From: an uncultured Desulfobacter sp.
GTDB taxonomy: Bacteria > Desulfobacterota > Desulfobacteria > Desulfobacterales > Desulfobacteraceae
Direction of reading: 5' to 3'
Assembly (NCBI GenBank): GCA_963665095.1
Contig: OY762069.1
Location: 832,001-896,000, forward strand
Length of the DNA: 64,000 nt
Both the position numbers and the translations under genes were made by a program. Within the stretch, counting starts at the first letter, position 1, and every line of letters starts with the position of its first letter. The notes beneath the pieces were generated by a model, which saw nothing but the letters and a program-made list of their open reading frames with translations, made no database searches and was not told the DNA's origin. Below are positions 44,357 to 54,386 of this stretch, piece after piece.

Positions 44357-44800
44357 ATGAAAGTAAAACCACCTTTAAATATGCATTCTGGCCCCATCAA
44401 ACTTATTTTTGAAAAAATAGTTTATGTTGAACCGGGAGGAGAGCTTGTTCCTTTTTACCATTTCAAAATCACAAAAGAGGATGGAACTGAAGTTGGTCAC
44501 ATTAATTTCAAGGTTGGAGACACAAATCATATAAGGCAATGCGTTGGACATATCGGCTATGAAATCTTGCCTGAATTTAGAGGCAATCCTTACTCATATT
44601 TTGCATGCAATGCTATCAGGCCTTTAATTAGAACCTTCTATGATAAATTTATTCTGACCTGCGATCCAGAAAATGCCCCATCATTGAAAATAATTGAAAA
44701 ACTGAAGGGAAAGTTTCTTAATGAAATCATGGTCCCCAAGCATGATCCTTCTTATAAAAGTGGATCTAAGCTGAAAAGACGTTACGAATGGGAACCATAA
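44357..44800 (+). CDS. GNAT family N-acetyltransferase, RimJ-like (cassette); alternative start 44342
   Basis: VGHIGYEI.PEFRG, ILTCDPEN.PS.KIIEKL.G. Confidence 0.8.
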   Translation: MKVKPPLNMHSGPIKLIFEKIVYVEPGGELVPFYHFKITKEDGTEVGHINFKVGDTNHIRQCVGHIGYEILPEFRGNPYSYFACNAIRPLIRTFYDKFILTCDPENAPSLKIIEKLKGKFLNEIMVPKHDPSYKSGSKLKRRYEWEP

Positions 44801-44860
44801 CAACCGGGTGAACTTGAGCGGGCAAAACGACGCGCCCGTCAAGTTACCCGCACGTTAAAA
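44795..44860 (+). repeat. Canonical attC site
   Basis: R'' CCATAAC-5nt-L'' GGT(G)AACT-TGA(G)CGGGC ... GCCCGTCA-L' AGTTACC-5nt-R' GTTAAAA. R'' overlaps the stop codon and is complementary to GTTATGG at the cassette start. Confidence 0.85.
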
Positions 44861-45118
44861 TAGCAAAAAATCAGAACTTTTAAGAAATAGCAGAGCGACG
44901 GATATGTCTAACATAAACGCTGTGATGCTTGTCATTGAAGACGTTGGCTACTTCTGTTATTCCTGCCTGGTTTAAAATCCGGAGCAGTGACACTGAATAC
45001 CATTAAAGCTCGCTTTTATTTTTCTATATTTCTGGTCTTTAAGAGGTGCAAGCAGAAGTCATTTATAGGATAATGGGATTTTTATGATACAATCAAGGAC
45101 CGCGTAAATTGATTTGTT

Positions 45119-45313
45119 TTAGTCTTTATTATTTATTCGTTTTCTAATCTCAGTCCAAATGAAACCGACACCAAGAAGCATCACAAAAAAACCTGCATAC
45201 CATTCTATTCCGGTAAAATCGTGATAGATCCCCCTCACACTATCGTATTGTACAGGCTGGATAATGATCCTAAAACCAAAAACGATGAGAAGTGTACCCA
45301 ACAAAGCTGCCAT
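45119..45313 (-). CDS. Small two-TM membrane protein (possibly 5' truncated)
   Basis: Two hydrophobic segments and a basic tail. Confidence 0.45.
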   Translation of the reverse strand: MAALLGTLLIVFGFRIIIQPVQYDSVRGIYHDFTGIEWYAGFFVMLLGVGFIWTEIRKRINNKD

Positions 45314-45626
45314 AAAAGAAATACCAGTGATTTTAATAGTTATTCCAACTTAATTGGAGAGTATCCTTATTACCGATTGGATGGCAAGGAAGAACTTGAA
45401 TCCCTGGATTTAAATTTTTACAGGGCGTCACTTTCATCTGTTATTGTAGAGAGGCGCTGAATTTCAAATAGTCCGGTTAGATACCATGATTGAACACTTA
45501 GGTAATACTCATTTTCATCATCGATACCACCTGAATGATTGAGTATTATGACAACATAAACGATAAGTAAAAAAGATTGCAGTCAGTTATGGTACTGACT
45601 GCACCTCCCTTTTTCAAAATAGTTCA

Positions 45627-46031
45627 TTACATTGAAATTACAATTTTATTGTTCCTGTTATCTGGAGAAATCATCATTTTTTTTGTTTTAGAACGGTTGG
45701 GGAATTTAGAGGTTTTCCAATCTACTTTTATCTTAGCCTTGGTATTGACTGGCAGATTGGAGATGGTCACGGTTTCTTGGCATGCCCAGCGACCAGATTT
45801 TTTCATAGATTTCTTACCACGGTCAGTTGACAGCATATAAGTAATTGTATAATCAGCCTTTCCGATACATATAGTCGAAGAGTCACAGGAGATTGTTACA
45901 ATACCAGGCAAGTTAGCCGTTCCTTGATTGATCGAAGTATCCTTTGCAGATGCAGGTGATGTCAACAGAGTAAAAATTGCCGCCAATACAAAACTCAATA
46001 ATGTCCAGACCGAAATTCTGTGTTTCATCAT
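45627..46031 (-). CDS. Hypothetical secreted basic protein
   Basis: SD AAGGA; signal peptide ending ASA; directly downstream of the VWA gene. Confidence 0.65.
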   Translation of the reverse strand: MMKHRISVWTLLSFVLAAIFTLLTSPASAKDTSINQGTANLPGIVTISCDSSTICIGKADYTITYMLSTDRGKKSMKKSGRWACQETVTISNLPVNTKAKIKVDWKTSKFPNRSKTKKMMISPDNRNNKIVISM

Positions 46032-46039
46032 TCCTTCTT

Positions 46040-48583
46040 TTATTGAAACTGGGCAATAGTAACGTTGATGGCATGAACTTCCTGAACGCATTGATCCAGC
46101 GCCTGTTGTACGGTCTCCACCGGGGCTCTTTTTTTACGCAGTTTGGCAAGTTTTTTAAGGTTGGTATTGGCCTTGTCGATCCGTGGAATAATGTCTGAGC
46201 GGCCCATACTTTTTGCCTGCCGTATATATGTTTTAAGACGGTTTTTTAAAGTGTCTTCATGCCGTATACACTGCAAAGGCCACCCTTTGGCACTCAACTG
46301 CCATTTGGTCTTATCATAGGCGGTTCCCTGGGGTCCCTGCATGCCCATATCCTTGGCAAAGGCCGCCTGCATCTGTTCTGTAGACATGCCTTCATAGGGG
46401 TTGTGGCCCTGTTCCGGGCGTTCGTTTTCAGGTGTGAGACCGCCACCAGTATCCTGGGCCCCAACATTGGAATAATCCACCGTTGACGGCAATGCCCCCA
46501 CCTGTTCCTGGGGCTTTGCGCCGGCATCATCCGCAGTGACAATTTTAGCGCCGTATCCGGCCTGGCTGTCCGCCACTTTCGGCAATGCGGTATACTTGGG
46601 ATTTTCCTGCACCGCTGCCTGGCCGGCATCTGATGTTTCCTGGGTTTCACCCTGTCCAGCCCCGGATGTCTGCGGCAGCTGCATCCCCTGCATCTGGGCC
46701 ATCGCCGCCTGCATCTGGGCCATGGCATCGGTCTTTGCCGCAGCGGCCTGGGCCTGGGCGCCGGCCGCCATCTGGGCTGCCGTGGCCTGCTGATCTACCG
46801 GTGCACCCTGCCGAGAGGCGGTTTCTTCAGCCGTCTGTGCGGCCGCAGCCGTTGTCGAAGATTCTACCTTGGTCGTCGTTGCGGACTGGGTCGAAGGCTT
46901 TGGCCCGCCTTCGGTCTGGGACGGCGGGGAATCAAAATCGCAGATCTTCTTGAGCGTCTTCCCGGCCTTGATTTCCACTTCACCGAATTTGTACTTCACC
47001 ACGGGATCGCCCCAGGAATCTTCCGCAGAGACCTTGTAGGTCCCGGGCATCAGGGTGTAGTCGGCAGAGCGGTCCTCATAGGTGGTTCCCCAGCCGCCGC
47101 CCATGGTTTTCCCGTTCATGTCCTTTACGATGACACTGCCGTGGAACGGCTTGCCGTTCCTGTAGGTCCAGACGGTCAGTTCACCGGTGTCGATGGAAAT
47201 TTTTTTCTCGATCTCCTGCCCTCCTGAAAGGGTGACGGTGCCGCCGTCTTTGCGAACCTCTGATCCCCAGGAATCTTCTGCAATGAGTTGATAGGTTCCC
47301 GGAACCTTGTTGATCGTTGCCGGACCGTCTTCGTATGTGGTTTCCCAGCTTCCATTGCCGTTGGCATCAACGATCTTGACCCTGGCATGGGCGGGCTTCC
47401 CGTTTTTATAGATCCAGACGACGATCTTTCCGGCATCAAAGGATGCCTTCTTCTCGATGGTCTGTCCGGCACTGATCTCAATGGTCCCCAGATCGATTTT
47501 TGCCTCGGTGCCCCATGAGTCCTGGGCCGTGATCTGATATTTGCCGGGCTGAAGTTTATACTCGGCAGGTTTCTCCTCGTATGTGGTTTTAAGGCCGCCG
47601 CCAACGGTTTTCCCATCCATCGTGGTAACCTTTACCGATCCTTTAAACGGTTTTCCGTTTTTCAAATTCCATATCGTCAGGATGCCGCTGCCGAAATTGG
47701 CCGTGATCTCCCGTACTTTCCGGTCGGTAATCTCGACGTTTTCAAATACCAGCCGGGGGCGGCCCTCCTGTTCCCATTCGTCCGTCACCGTTACCGTGTA
47801 AGTCCCGGGCGTAACACTGAGCATCAGGGGCTTTTTTTCTGAAGCGGCCCGGCTGGCAACGACGGTGCCGGAGGAAGGATCACTGACCTTCACATCTGCC
47901 CCGATGGCCTTGCCGTTCAAAAACACGGAAACCTTGAGATTTTTACTCACGGTTTTCTCGATCACCTCGTTCAGGGCATCTTTTAGCTTATCCGCGTCCT
48001 TGGCCGGAAAATATTCACCCCCTCCTGCCTTGGCCATGCATTTGAGCTGTGCCTCTGTTTGCCCACCCACATCAAAACCCACCACATGGAGTACAAATTT
48101 GATTCCAAGTTTTTCCAATTCTGCCACAAAATTACAGGGATCAGGATCACAGGTTTCTTCACCATCCGAGACAAGCAGGATGGTGGTCTCATCTTCCATG
48201 TGCTTGATCGCTTCAGCAGTTTTTCGAATGGATCTGAGCATGGGGGTTTTGCCCTTGGGACTGAGGGCGTTTATTTTTGTCATGAAGGCTTTGGCATCCA
48301 GAGGGCCTATAGGAATCAGGGTTTCCACATCATCACAGTCACCTTTACGACGATGTCCATATGCAACCAAACCTATATTAATATCTTCTGGCAGATCATT
48401 AACAATCAAATCCATAGCTTCTTTGGCAATGGTGATTTTGGCTTTTCCGTCAATCTGGCCCCACATGGAACCGGAAGTATCAAAAATCAGTATCAAATTT
48501 GTTTTGCCGGTCGCCTGGCTGACTGCGGTAATCCCAAATAGAAAAATTAGAATTGCTGTAACTCCGAGAAAAACTCTACGCAT
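46040..48583 (-). CDS. Secreted VWA-domain protein with four beta-sandwich repeats and an Ala/Gln-rich linker
   Basis: MIDAS DTSGS...T...SDG; repeats containing NGKP...TTYE..PG.Y...A.DSWG. Confidence 0.85.
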   Translation of the reverse strand: MRRVFLGVTAILIFLFGITAVSQATGKTNLILIFDTSGSMWGQIDGKAKITIAKEAMDLIVNDLPEDINIGLVAYGHRRKGDCDDVETLIPIGPLDAKAFMTKINALSPKGKTPMLRSIRKTAEAIKHMEDETTILLVSDGEETCDPDPCNFVAELEKLGIKFVLHVVGFDVGGQTEAQLKCMAKAGGGEYFPAKDADKLKDALNEVIEKTVSKNLKVSVFLNGKAIGADVKVSDPSSGTVVASRAASEKKPLMLSVTPGTYTVTVTDEWEQEGRPRLVFENVEITDRKVREITANFGSGILTIWNLKNGKPFKGSVKVTTMDGKTVGGGLKTTYEEKPAEYKLQPGKYQITAQDSWGTEAKIDLGTIEISAGQTIEKKASFDAGKIVVWIYKNGKPAHARVKIVDANGNGSWETTYEDGPATINKVPGTYQLIAEDSWGSEVRKDGGTVTLSGGQEIEKKISIDTGELTVWTYRNGKPFHGSVIVKDMNGKTMGGGWGTTYEDRSADYTLMPGTYKVSAEDSWGDPVVKYKFGEVEIKAGKTLKKICDFDSPPSQTEGGPKPSTQSATTTKVESSTTAAAAQTAEETASRQGAPVDQQATAAQMAAGAQAQAAAAKTDAMAQMQAAMAQMQGMQLPQTSGAGQGETQETSDAGQAAVQENPKYTALPKVADSQAGYGAKIVTADDAGAKPQEQVGALPSTVDYSNVGAQDTGGGLTPENERPEQGHNPYEGMSTEQMQAAFAKDMGMQGPQGTAYDKTKWQLSAKGWPLQCIRHEDTLKNRLKTYIRQAKSMGRSDIIPRIDKANTNLKKLAKLRKKRAPVETVQQALDQCVQEVHAINVTIAQFQ

Positions 48584-49204
48584 CTATCTCTCTCCTTGTA
48601 TTGTGATATTTAAACGAATAAACAGCCTACTATGAAGTACCAACCGTTCAAATATAGGTCATTGTTACAGAACTGTTATTTTTTATAAAAAACATACAAA
48701 ATGCTTACGATATAAACAATACTTTTATCAAGAAAAAACAAAGATGACTCTTTTCCAGAGAATAAAATTAGGAAATTGAAACCCCGGAATATGTCTATTA
48801 TCTGTCGCTCCAATTATTGTTCAATAAGCAGAGGACTTTTTGTGGTATTGAAGCGGTTTTGGGCAACTGATGTCATACTCAGGGAATGGTTTTCCGGCAA
48901 GTCATCCATAAAAAGAGAGTCAGATTATTTATGCCTAATAAAACCCTGCTGGCTGAAGTTCTTTAAGATGGTTTATTTTTAACCGGGTGGGCTTAAAATT
49001 TCAGTACAAAGATCACATGTTGATATGCAGCATCCCTTTGATGCTTTAAAGTCCGAATCCATAGCTGTTTCATGCAGTCCGGCAATTCCTGAAAAGGCCT
49101 TAGGAATCTGTTTATTATGGGAGACAATCCGACTCGTATAAATGGAATTCAGCCTCATATATCCTGTGGAATTATGGTGCGATTTCAGTTAAGGTTATTT
49201 TTCT

Positions 49205-49984
49205 ATGGCAGAGGAAAAATTATACCATTACCTGATTCATATCCAGTATCTGGGCTTCCGGTACCATGGCTGGCAGAAGCAGCCAGGTGTAAAAACCATT
49301 GAAGCCATGATTGAAAAAACGCTCGGCTTTATCCTGGAAAAATTAGAGTTCAGGATGTTGGGCGCCAGCCGGACCGATTCAAAAGTCTCGGCCAATCAGT
49401 CCGCATGCATGCTCTTTGTCCGCAAGGCTTTGGATATGCAAGCGCTGCAGTCAAAATTAAATACAAACCTGCCCAATGATATCCGAGTGACAGGCGTGGA
49501 AGAAAAATCCAGTGCCTTTAACATTATCCGTTCGGCCAAAGTAAAAGAATATCTTTACCTGTTTGCATTTGGATGCAAAAGCCATCCATTCTGTGCGGCC
49601 ATGATGCATACGGTGCCGGAAACTCTTGATATTGAATTGATGAAACAGGGTGCAAGGCTGTTTGAAGGGCAGCATCATTTTGGTTCATACTGCACTAAAC
49701 CGGGTGTAAAAACCTGCCTTGAACGAGACATCCATGTCTGTCGGATTGAAGAAAACAGTGAATTTCAGGCCAGTTTTTTTCCGGAAAAAAGCTGGTTGCT
49801 CAGGATTCAGGCGCCGGGTTTTTTAAGATACCAGGTCCGTTTAATCATGGGCCAGTTGTTTAAACTTGGAAAAAAAGAGATAGACCTGAACCGCATTAAA
49901 CAATCCCTTTCAGAAAGTCAGGCCTTGCCGCTAAAAGAAATTGCACCCGGGTCAGGCCTGATTTTAAATAAAATAATATTTTAG
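49205..49984 (+). CDS. truA: tRNA pseudouridine(38-40) synthase TruA
   Basis: Y.G.RYHGWQKQP, GASRTDSKVSA, LN.NLP.DI, GFLRYQVR, APGSGL.L. Confidence 0.88.
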   Translation: MAEEKLYHYLIHIQYLGFRYHGWQKQPGVKTIEAMIEKTLGFILEKLEFRMLGASRTDSKVSANQSACMLFVRKALDMQALQSKLNTNLPNDIRVTGVEEKSSAFNIIRSAKVKEYLYLFAFGCKSHPFCAAMMHTVPETLDIELMKQGARLFEGQHHFGSYCTKPGVKTCLERDIHVCRIEENSEFQASFFPEKSWLLRIQAPGFLRYQVRLIMGQLFKLGKKEIDLNRIKQSLSESQALPLKEIAPGSGLILNKIIF

Positions 49985-50070
49985 ACAAAAAAAGATGCCG
50001 GTACACAATGCTGCCGGCAAGGTCGTTGAAAGAAGAATAGACCGGTTCTGGCAGCTTTGGGAGGATCTTT

Positions 50071-50490
50071 TTAAATCTGGTTACCATTCAGGAAAATCTT
50101 TGGGAGTATCGGGCTGTTTTTTTCAAGCATGGCAGAAACCCCGCAATAGGTTTCCATGGACAGGGAGACGGCCCGTTTGATTTTTTTGGCATCTTTTTCA
50201 TTACCGGTAATATGGTAGGACAAGATGATCTCTTTGAATACCGACGGCTGCTGGTCCGTCAGTTCTGTCTCGGCGGTGATTTCCAGATCCTGAATTTCCA
50301 CCCGCATTTTGCCAAGGATCATGGCCACGTCAATGCCGGTGCATCCGATGAGTCCGCTTAAAAGAAGTCCTTTGGGTGAGGGGCCCTTGCCTTCGCCGCC
50401 TGCGCTTTGAGGGGCATCCAGGGTGTAGGTGTAGCTGTCCTGCTTGATTTCAAACGCCAGGTTTCCTTTCTTTTTTCCTGATATTTTCAT
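50071..50490 (-). CDS. OsmC family protein
   Basis: GPSPK.LLL.GL.GCTGIDV, YC.VS.ML. Confidence 0.88.
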   Translation of the reverse strand: MKISGKKKGNLAFEIKQDSYTYTLDAPQSAGGEGKGPSPKGLLLSGLIGCTGIDVAMILGKMRVEIQDLEITAETELTDQQPSVFKEIILSYHITGNEKDAKKIKRAVSLSMETYCGVSAMLEKNSPILPKIFLNGNQI

Positions 50491-50613
50491 GGGGTCTTTT
50501 CTTCCTTGATTTTTGGAGTTCTGGTTCTGCTTATATTCAATCATCACTTGCTGAACAATGGGTAGCTATTTGGGGGTAGCTATTTTGGAGCAGCGATTTT
50601 GGGTTGGCGGCTT

Positions 50614-51405
50614 TCACATAAGTCCTGGAAAACTGCCGCCGTCAATCAGGATGGACTGGCCGGTAATATACCGGGCCTGGTCGCCGGCTAAAAATGCCGC
50701 CATGGCACCGAAATCTCCAGGGTCGCCAATGTTCCTTGTGGGGTTGACATCCATCATCTCCTGAATAATCTGTTCTGCCGGCCGGTTTTCATCTTTTGAA
50801 CGGTGCTCGGCCAGTTGAATGATCCGGTCGGTTTTATGAATACCCGGCAAGATGGCGTTGACTGTAATGCCGTCCGGGGCCAGTTCCGTTGCAATGGTTT
50901 TTAAAAAACCGGTGAGCCCGGTTCTGGCGGTATTGGACAACAAGAGCGTCCCGATGGGCGATTTTACCGAAGTGGATGTAATGGCAATAATTCGTCCCCA
51001 GCCCTTTTTCTGCATGGCCGGTACCACGGCATGAATCAGGCGGACGGCGCTCATCAGATTCAGATTTATAGCGTTTTCATACTGATCCAGCGCAGTGGTG
51101 GCAAAGGTGCCGGGTGCAGGCCCCCCTGCATTGGTCACCAGGATGTCCGGATCTCCAAGGTCCGATTGAACTGATTCAACCAGTTTTGCGATCTGTTCAG
51201 GACGGCTCATATCTGCCGCATACCCCATGACCTCGGCGCAGGTTTGCTCTGCGATCTCAGCTGCAGCCCGGGAGGCCTGGTCCTGATCTCGGGAACAGAT
51301 GGCCACCCTGCATCCTTCGGCAGCAAGCTGTTCTGCACACCCCCGGCCAAGTCCCCGGGTGGATGCGGTTATCAGTGCGATTTTGTTATTAATCTTCAGA
51401 TCCAT
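50614..51405 (-). CDS. Short-chain dehydrogenase/reductase (SDR)
   Basis: TASTRGLG, LVTNAGGP, SNTAR, VNAILPG, ITGQSILIDGG. Confidence 0.9.
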   Translation of the reverse strand: MDLKINNKIALITASTRGLGRGCAEQLAAEGCRVAICSRDQDQASRAAAEIAEQTCAEVMGYAADMSRPEQIAKLVESVQSDLGDPDILVTNAGGPAPGTFATTALDQYENAINLNLMSAVRLIHAVVPAMQKKGWGRIIAITSTSVKSPIGTLLLSNTARTGLTGFLKTIATELAPDGITVNAILPGIHKTDRIIQLAEHRSKDENRPAEQIIQEMMDVNPTRNIGDPGDFGAMAAFLAGDQARYITGQSILIDGGSFPGLM

Positions 51406-51461
51406 GGCGTTTCTCCCTTTTGAGGTCAGCTCATAAAAGCGTCACTTTGATTTCAAAGTAC

Positions 51462-51501
51462 GCATGGAATTTGCAAGTTTCAAGTCCGGCAAATTCCATG
51501 C
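51462..51501. repeat. Intergenic 13-bp inverted repeat
   Basis: GCATGGAATTTGC ... GCAAATTCCATGC between yceI-like and SDR genes. Confidence 0.55.
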
Positions 51502-51556
51502 AGTAATTTTTGAGGCGACCGCAGTATCAAAAAGCGGCCGCAGGAAATAAATTGGA

Positions 51557-52144
51557 TTACTTGCCAATAAACTCTATGTTAATCACGATATCCACAGTTT
51601 CTCCAATCAGCAGATTTCCACTTTCCAGTACTGCATTATAAACGATGCCAAAATCCTTTCTGTTGAGAACAGCTGTGACATGAGCGCCCTTTCGGGTATT
51701 TCCCCAGGGGTCTTTTTCATTGTTTACCAGCCCCTCAACGGCCAGGGTGACGGTTTTGCTGACACCGTGCAGATTCAATGTGCCAACCACTTTGTAACGG
51801 CCGTCCCCCTGGGGGATGATCTTATTGGATGTATACGTCATGGTCGGATATTTTTCTGCGTCAAAAAAATCGGGACTTTTTAAATGCGTATCCCGCTGGT
51901 CCACCCCGGTGTTAATGGAGTTCACATCAATGGTGATGTCCACGGATTGGGGATGGCGCCCCTCTTTGTCAAACACAAGCTGGCCTGTCACCTGGTTGAA
52001 ACTGCCGGTCACCCGGCTGATGGCCATGTGCTCAATTGAAAAATCAGCAGATGTATGGGCCGGATCCACGGTCCAGGTCTGTGCAGATACGGATGTTGCC
52101 AGTGTCGCAAGTGCTACGATGGTATATATAAATATGTTTCTCAT
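51557..52144 (-). CDS. YceI family (polyisoprenoid-binding) periplasmic protein
   Basis: Signal peptide; W.VDPAHT, SINTGV..RD.HLKS.DFF, DPWG, NRKDFGI. Confidence 0.92.
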   Translation of the reverse strand: MRNIFIYTIVALATLATSVSAQTWTVDPAHTSADFSIEHMAISRVTGSFNQVTGQLVFDKEGRHPQSVDITIDVNSINTGVDQRDTHLKSPDFFDAEKYPTMTYTSNKIIPQGDGRYKVVGTLNLHGVSKTVTLAVEGLVNNEKDPWGNTRKGAHVTAVLNRKDFGIVYNAVLESGNLLIGETVDIVINIEFIGK

Positions 52145-52269
52145 GATTTCATATCTCCTTTGTTTGGATAACAGGCAGTCATTAGTAAGTTAGTTTTGCC
52201 TTGTTTTATAATATAGTGTCTGTTATTCTGCATATCAACCCCAGGATATTGCCGACGAGGATTGCAAAA

Positions 52270-52575
52270 ATGCACAACAAAGTGAGTTGGGATGATTATC
52301 GCTATTTTCTGAACGTGGCACGTTTAGGCCCGCTGAAAGCAGCCGGAGAGGCACTGAAGGTCAATCATTCAACTGTTTTGCGCAGGGTTAACGCCCTTGA
52401 AAAAAAACTGTCTGCACGCCTGTTTGAACGATTCAAAACAGGATATGTGTTAACGCAAAGCGGGCAGGATATGTTCAGTCACATTCAGGAATGGCGCCCT
52501 TGCTTCCATCCCTTCATTCGTAATGCCTCACTCTTTTTGCTTTGCACAACCCTTAGGACAATTCACGCTTTTTGA
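52270..52575 (+). pseudogene. Truncated LysR-family regulator (HTH only)
   Basis: WDD.RYFL.VAR.G.L.AA...L.VNHSTV.RR..ALE..L..RLFER; similarity ends near 52490, with no effector domain. Confidence 0.8.
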
Positions 52576-53192
52576 AGTTGCCCATCCAGAGCCTCTGACC
52601 ATCTCTCATTTTTACCCTGAGCTTAAAAACGTACGGAATCTGGGGGGATTGCACCCGCAAGCCCAGAACGGATTTTTCAGAGGCCTCTCCCAGGCCGTGT
52701 ACAAAGGCGATTTATCAGAGGAAGAAACTATTGATTTTGTACAGGATATCATGTCCGGAAAGCCTGGGGCCTTAAAATGCTGGAAATTTGCCCTTAAAGG
52801 TATGAGAGAACAAGTCAAAAGTCGTCAGATCTCCTCCAGAGAGTTCTGACGACTTCATCTGGAAGGGGATTAGAGGAACATCCTACGATTACAGGGCAGG
52901 GCTCCTTGTCAGCGCTGTTGGACACAAAAACGGAAAAAAAGTGAAATTGACACGAAAAACATCTGGATCTGGAAAGAATTCTTTTTTTAACAGCATGGGA
53001 AACGCTACCGGACTTCCCTTTGCTGCCCTGTCCCGAATGATTCTGGATGGTAAATTATCAGATAAGCATAAAACAGGTGTTTTTGCACCCGAAGCCTGGG
53101 TAGATTCCCAAACATTTTATCAGTATATGAATCGCTATGGGGTATCTGAATCCACCCTGATGCTTCCAATAACGGAAGAAACAGTCAATTAA
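52481..53192 (+). pseudogene. 3' fragment of a saccharopine dehydrogenase-like oxidoreductase, 5'-deleted and frameshifted
   Basis: TFRNG...F..PLG....AHPEPLTI, then a one-base shift near 52845 into ...ATGLPFA...TGVFAPE; no Rossmann N-terminus. Confidence 0.65.
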
Positions 53193-53217
53193 CCCCTGAT
53201 TTTCAGTCAGGGGTTAA
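53189..53217. terminator. Hairpin (putative terminator)
   Basis: Perfect IR TTAACCCCTGA/TCAGGGGTTAA. Confidence 0.6.
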
Positions 53218-53270
53218 CAGGATGGCCCTGGGATAACATATCTTCAATTATTATTTAACCTGTTAATATC

Positions 53271-53300
53271 TTGACAGAAATCGTTTTATTGCCCTATAGT
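53271..53300 (+). promoter_or_regulatory. Putative sigma70 promoter of the HEPN-MNT pair
   Basis: TTGACA-N18-TATAGT. Confidence 0.55.
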
Positions 53301-53340
53301 CATCCCTGTTCGTATCGCATCCACCAAAAAAGGAAGTAAA

Positions 53341-53751
53341 ATGAGCGAAGATATACGATGGAAACAACGGTTTTCCAATTTTAACAAGGCATTGACCCAA
53401 CTCCAGAAGTTCATTGACAAAGGAGAGTTGTCCGAGCTTGAGGCACAGGGCCTGGTTAAGGCCTTTGAATATACATACGAACTTGCCTGGAACACCATAA
53501 AAGATTTCCTTGAGTTCAGCGGTCAGTCCGATATCTACGGATCAAGGGATGCCATTCGAAAAGGGTTCCAACTCGGTCTTATTGCAGATGGTGATGGCTG
53601 GATGGATATGCTTAAAAGCAGGAACCAGACCTCTCATACATACAATGAAGAAACAGCCAGACAGATCAACCATGCAGTTGTCACCCGCTATTATGATCTG
53701 TTTATCCTGCTGAAATCCAGATTTGAACAGCTTAGTACAAATGACCGGTAA
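53341..53751 (+). CDS. HEPN-domain protein (HI0074 nucleotidyltransferase substrate-binding family; putative RNase toxin)
   Basis: RWKQRF.NF, GL.KAFEYTYELAW, RNQTSH (Rx4H). Confidence 0.9.
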   Translation: MSEDIRWKQRFSNFNKALTQLQKFIDKGELSELEAQGLVKAFEYTYELAWNTIKDFLEFSGQSDIYGSRDAIRKGFQLGLIADGDGWMDMLKSRNQTSHTYNEETARQINHAVVTRYYDLFILLKSRFEQLSTNDR

Positions 53752-54064
53752 CAAGGAAAAAATCAGATTCGGGCTAAGCCTGGAAACTATTGAAAAAATT
53801 AATCGAATCTTTCAGAAGGTTGAGGAAGTAAATGAGGCTGTTCTCTATGGTTCCCGGGCCAAAGGAAATTTTAAGCCCGGTTCTGATATTGATCTGGTGT
53901 TAAAGGGGAAGAACCTGGACCTGCACCTGCTCAACAAAATCAGTCTTGCCCTGGACGACCTTCTGCTGCCTTATACCTTTGATCTCAGTATTTATCATCA
54001 GATCACAAACCCGGACCTGATCGACCATATCATCCGTGCCGGGAAAACCTTTTTTAAAAGATAA
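53741..54064 (+). CDS. Minimal nucleotidyltransferase (MNT; putative antitoxin)
   Basis: LYGSRAKG..KPGSDIDL; overlaps the HEPN stop. Confidence 0.9.
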   Translation: MTGNKEKIRFGLSLETIEKINRIFQKVEEVNEAVLYGSRAKGNFKPGSDIDLVLKGKNLDLHLLNKISLALDDLLLPYTFDLSIYHQITNPDLIDHIIRAGKTFFKR

Positions 54065-54274
54065 CTTGTATTATCACAAACAATTCCAACATAGTCGCCC
54101 CTTAAAGGGCAGAGTCGAAAAACGCCTCCCCCACTATCCTTCCCCCCCCCTTTTTTTTGAAAATTATTTTTTGGGCGGCAATGGCAAAAAATCCGGTTAG
54201 GTGACACTGAACCAGAATGAAGGTCAACCTGACTTTTTTATATGAGACTGCCTGGTTTTTTAAACCTCTGTCAG

Positions 54275-54303
54275 TTGACATGCCCCATTGCATAACATAT
54301 AGT
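54275..54303 (+). promoter_or_regulatory. Putative sigma70 promoter
   Basis: TTGACA-N17-TATAGT. Confidence 0.55.
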
Positions 54304-54386
54304 AAAATCCAAAATTTCAAACAGTTATACACCATATCCGATTGTCTTAAACGGTTATTATTTCCAGGATATGCAGCTTTGATAAG

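Larger units (their letters stand above)
42004..44949 (+). mobile_element. Integron gene-cassette array lacking an integrase in this window (CALIN-like)
   Basis: Several co-oriented AAC...GTT attC-like hairpins separating short AT-rich ORFs (GNAT, DUF6624-like, GNAT). Confidence 0.72.

Noticed and set aside
44906..44949. Additional attC (GTCTAAC...GTTGGCT)
   Set aside because: Only 44 bp with poor internal pairing; treated as a possible relic, not called.
47865..48635. Long antisense and shadow ORFs (this one, 33288..33938, 2992..3558, 63339..63971 and many shorter ones)
   Set aside because: They fully overlap well-supported genes on the other strand or frame and show no family motifs.
54142..54158. 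C-run/T-run homopolymer tract as a phase-variation site
   Set aside because: Intergenic and not within an evident promoter spacer or ORF.
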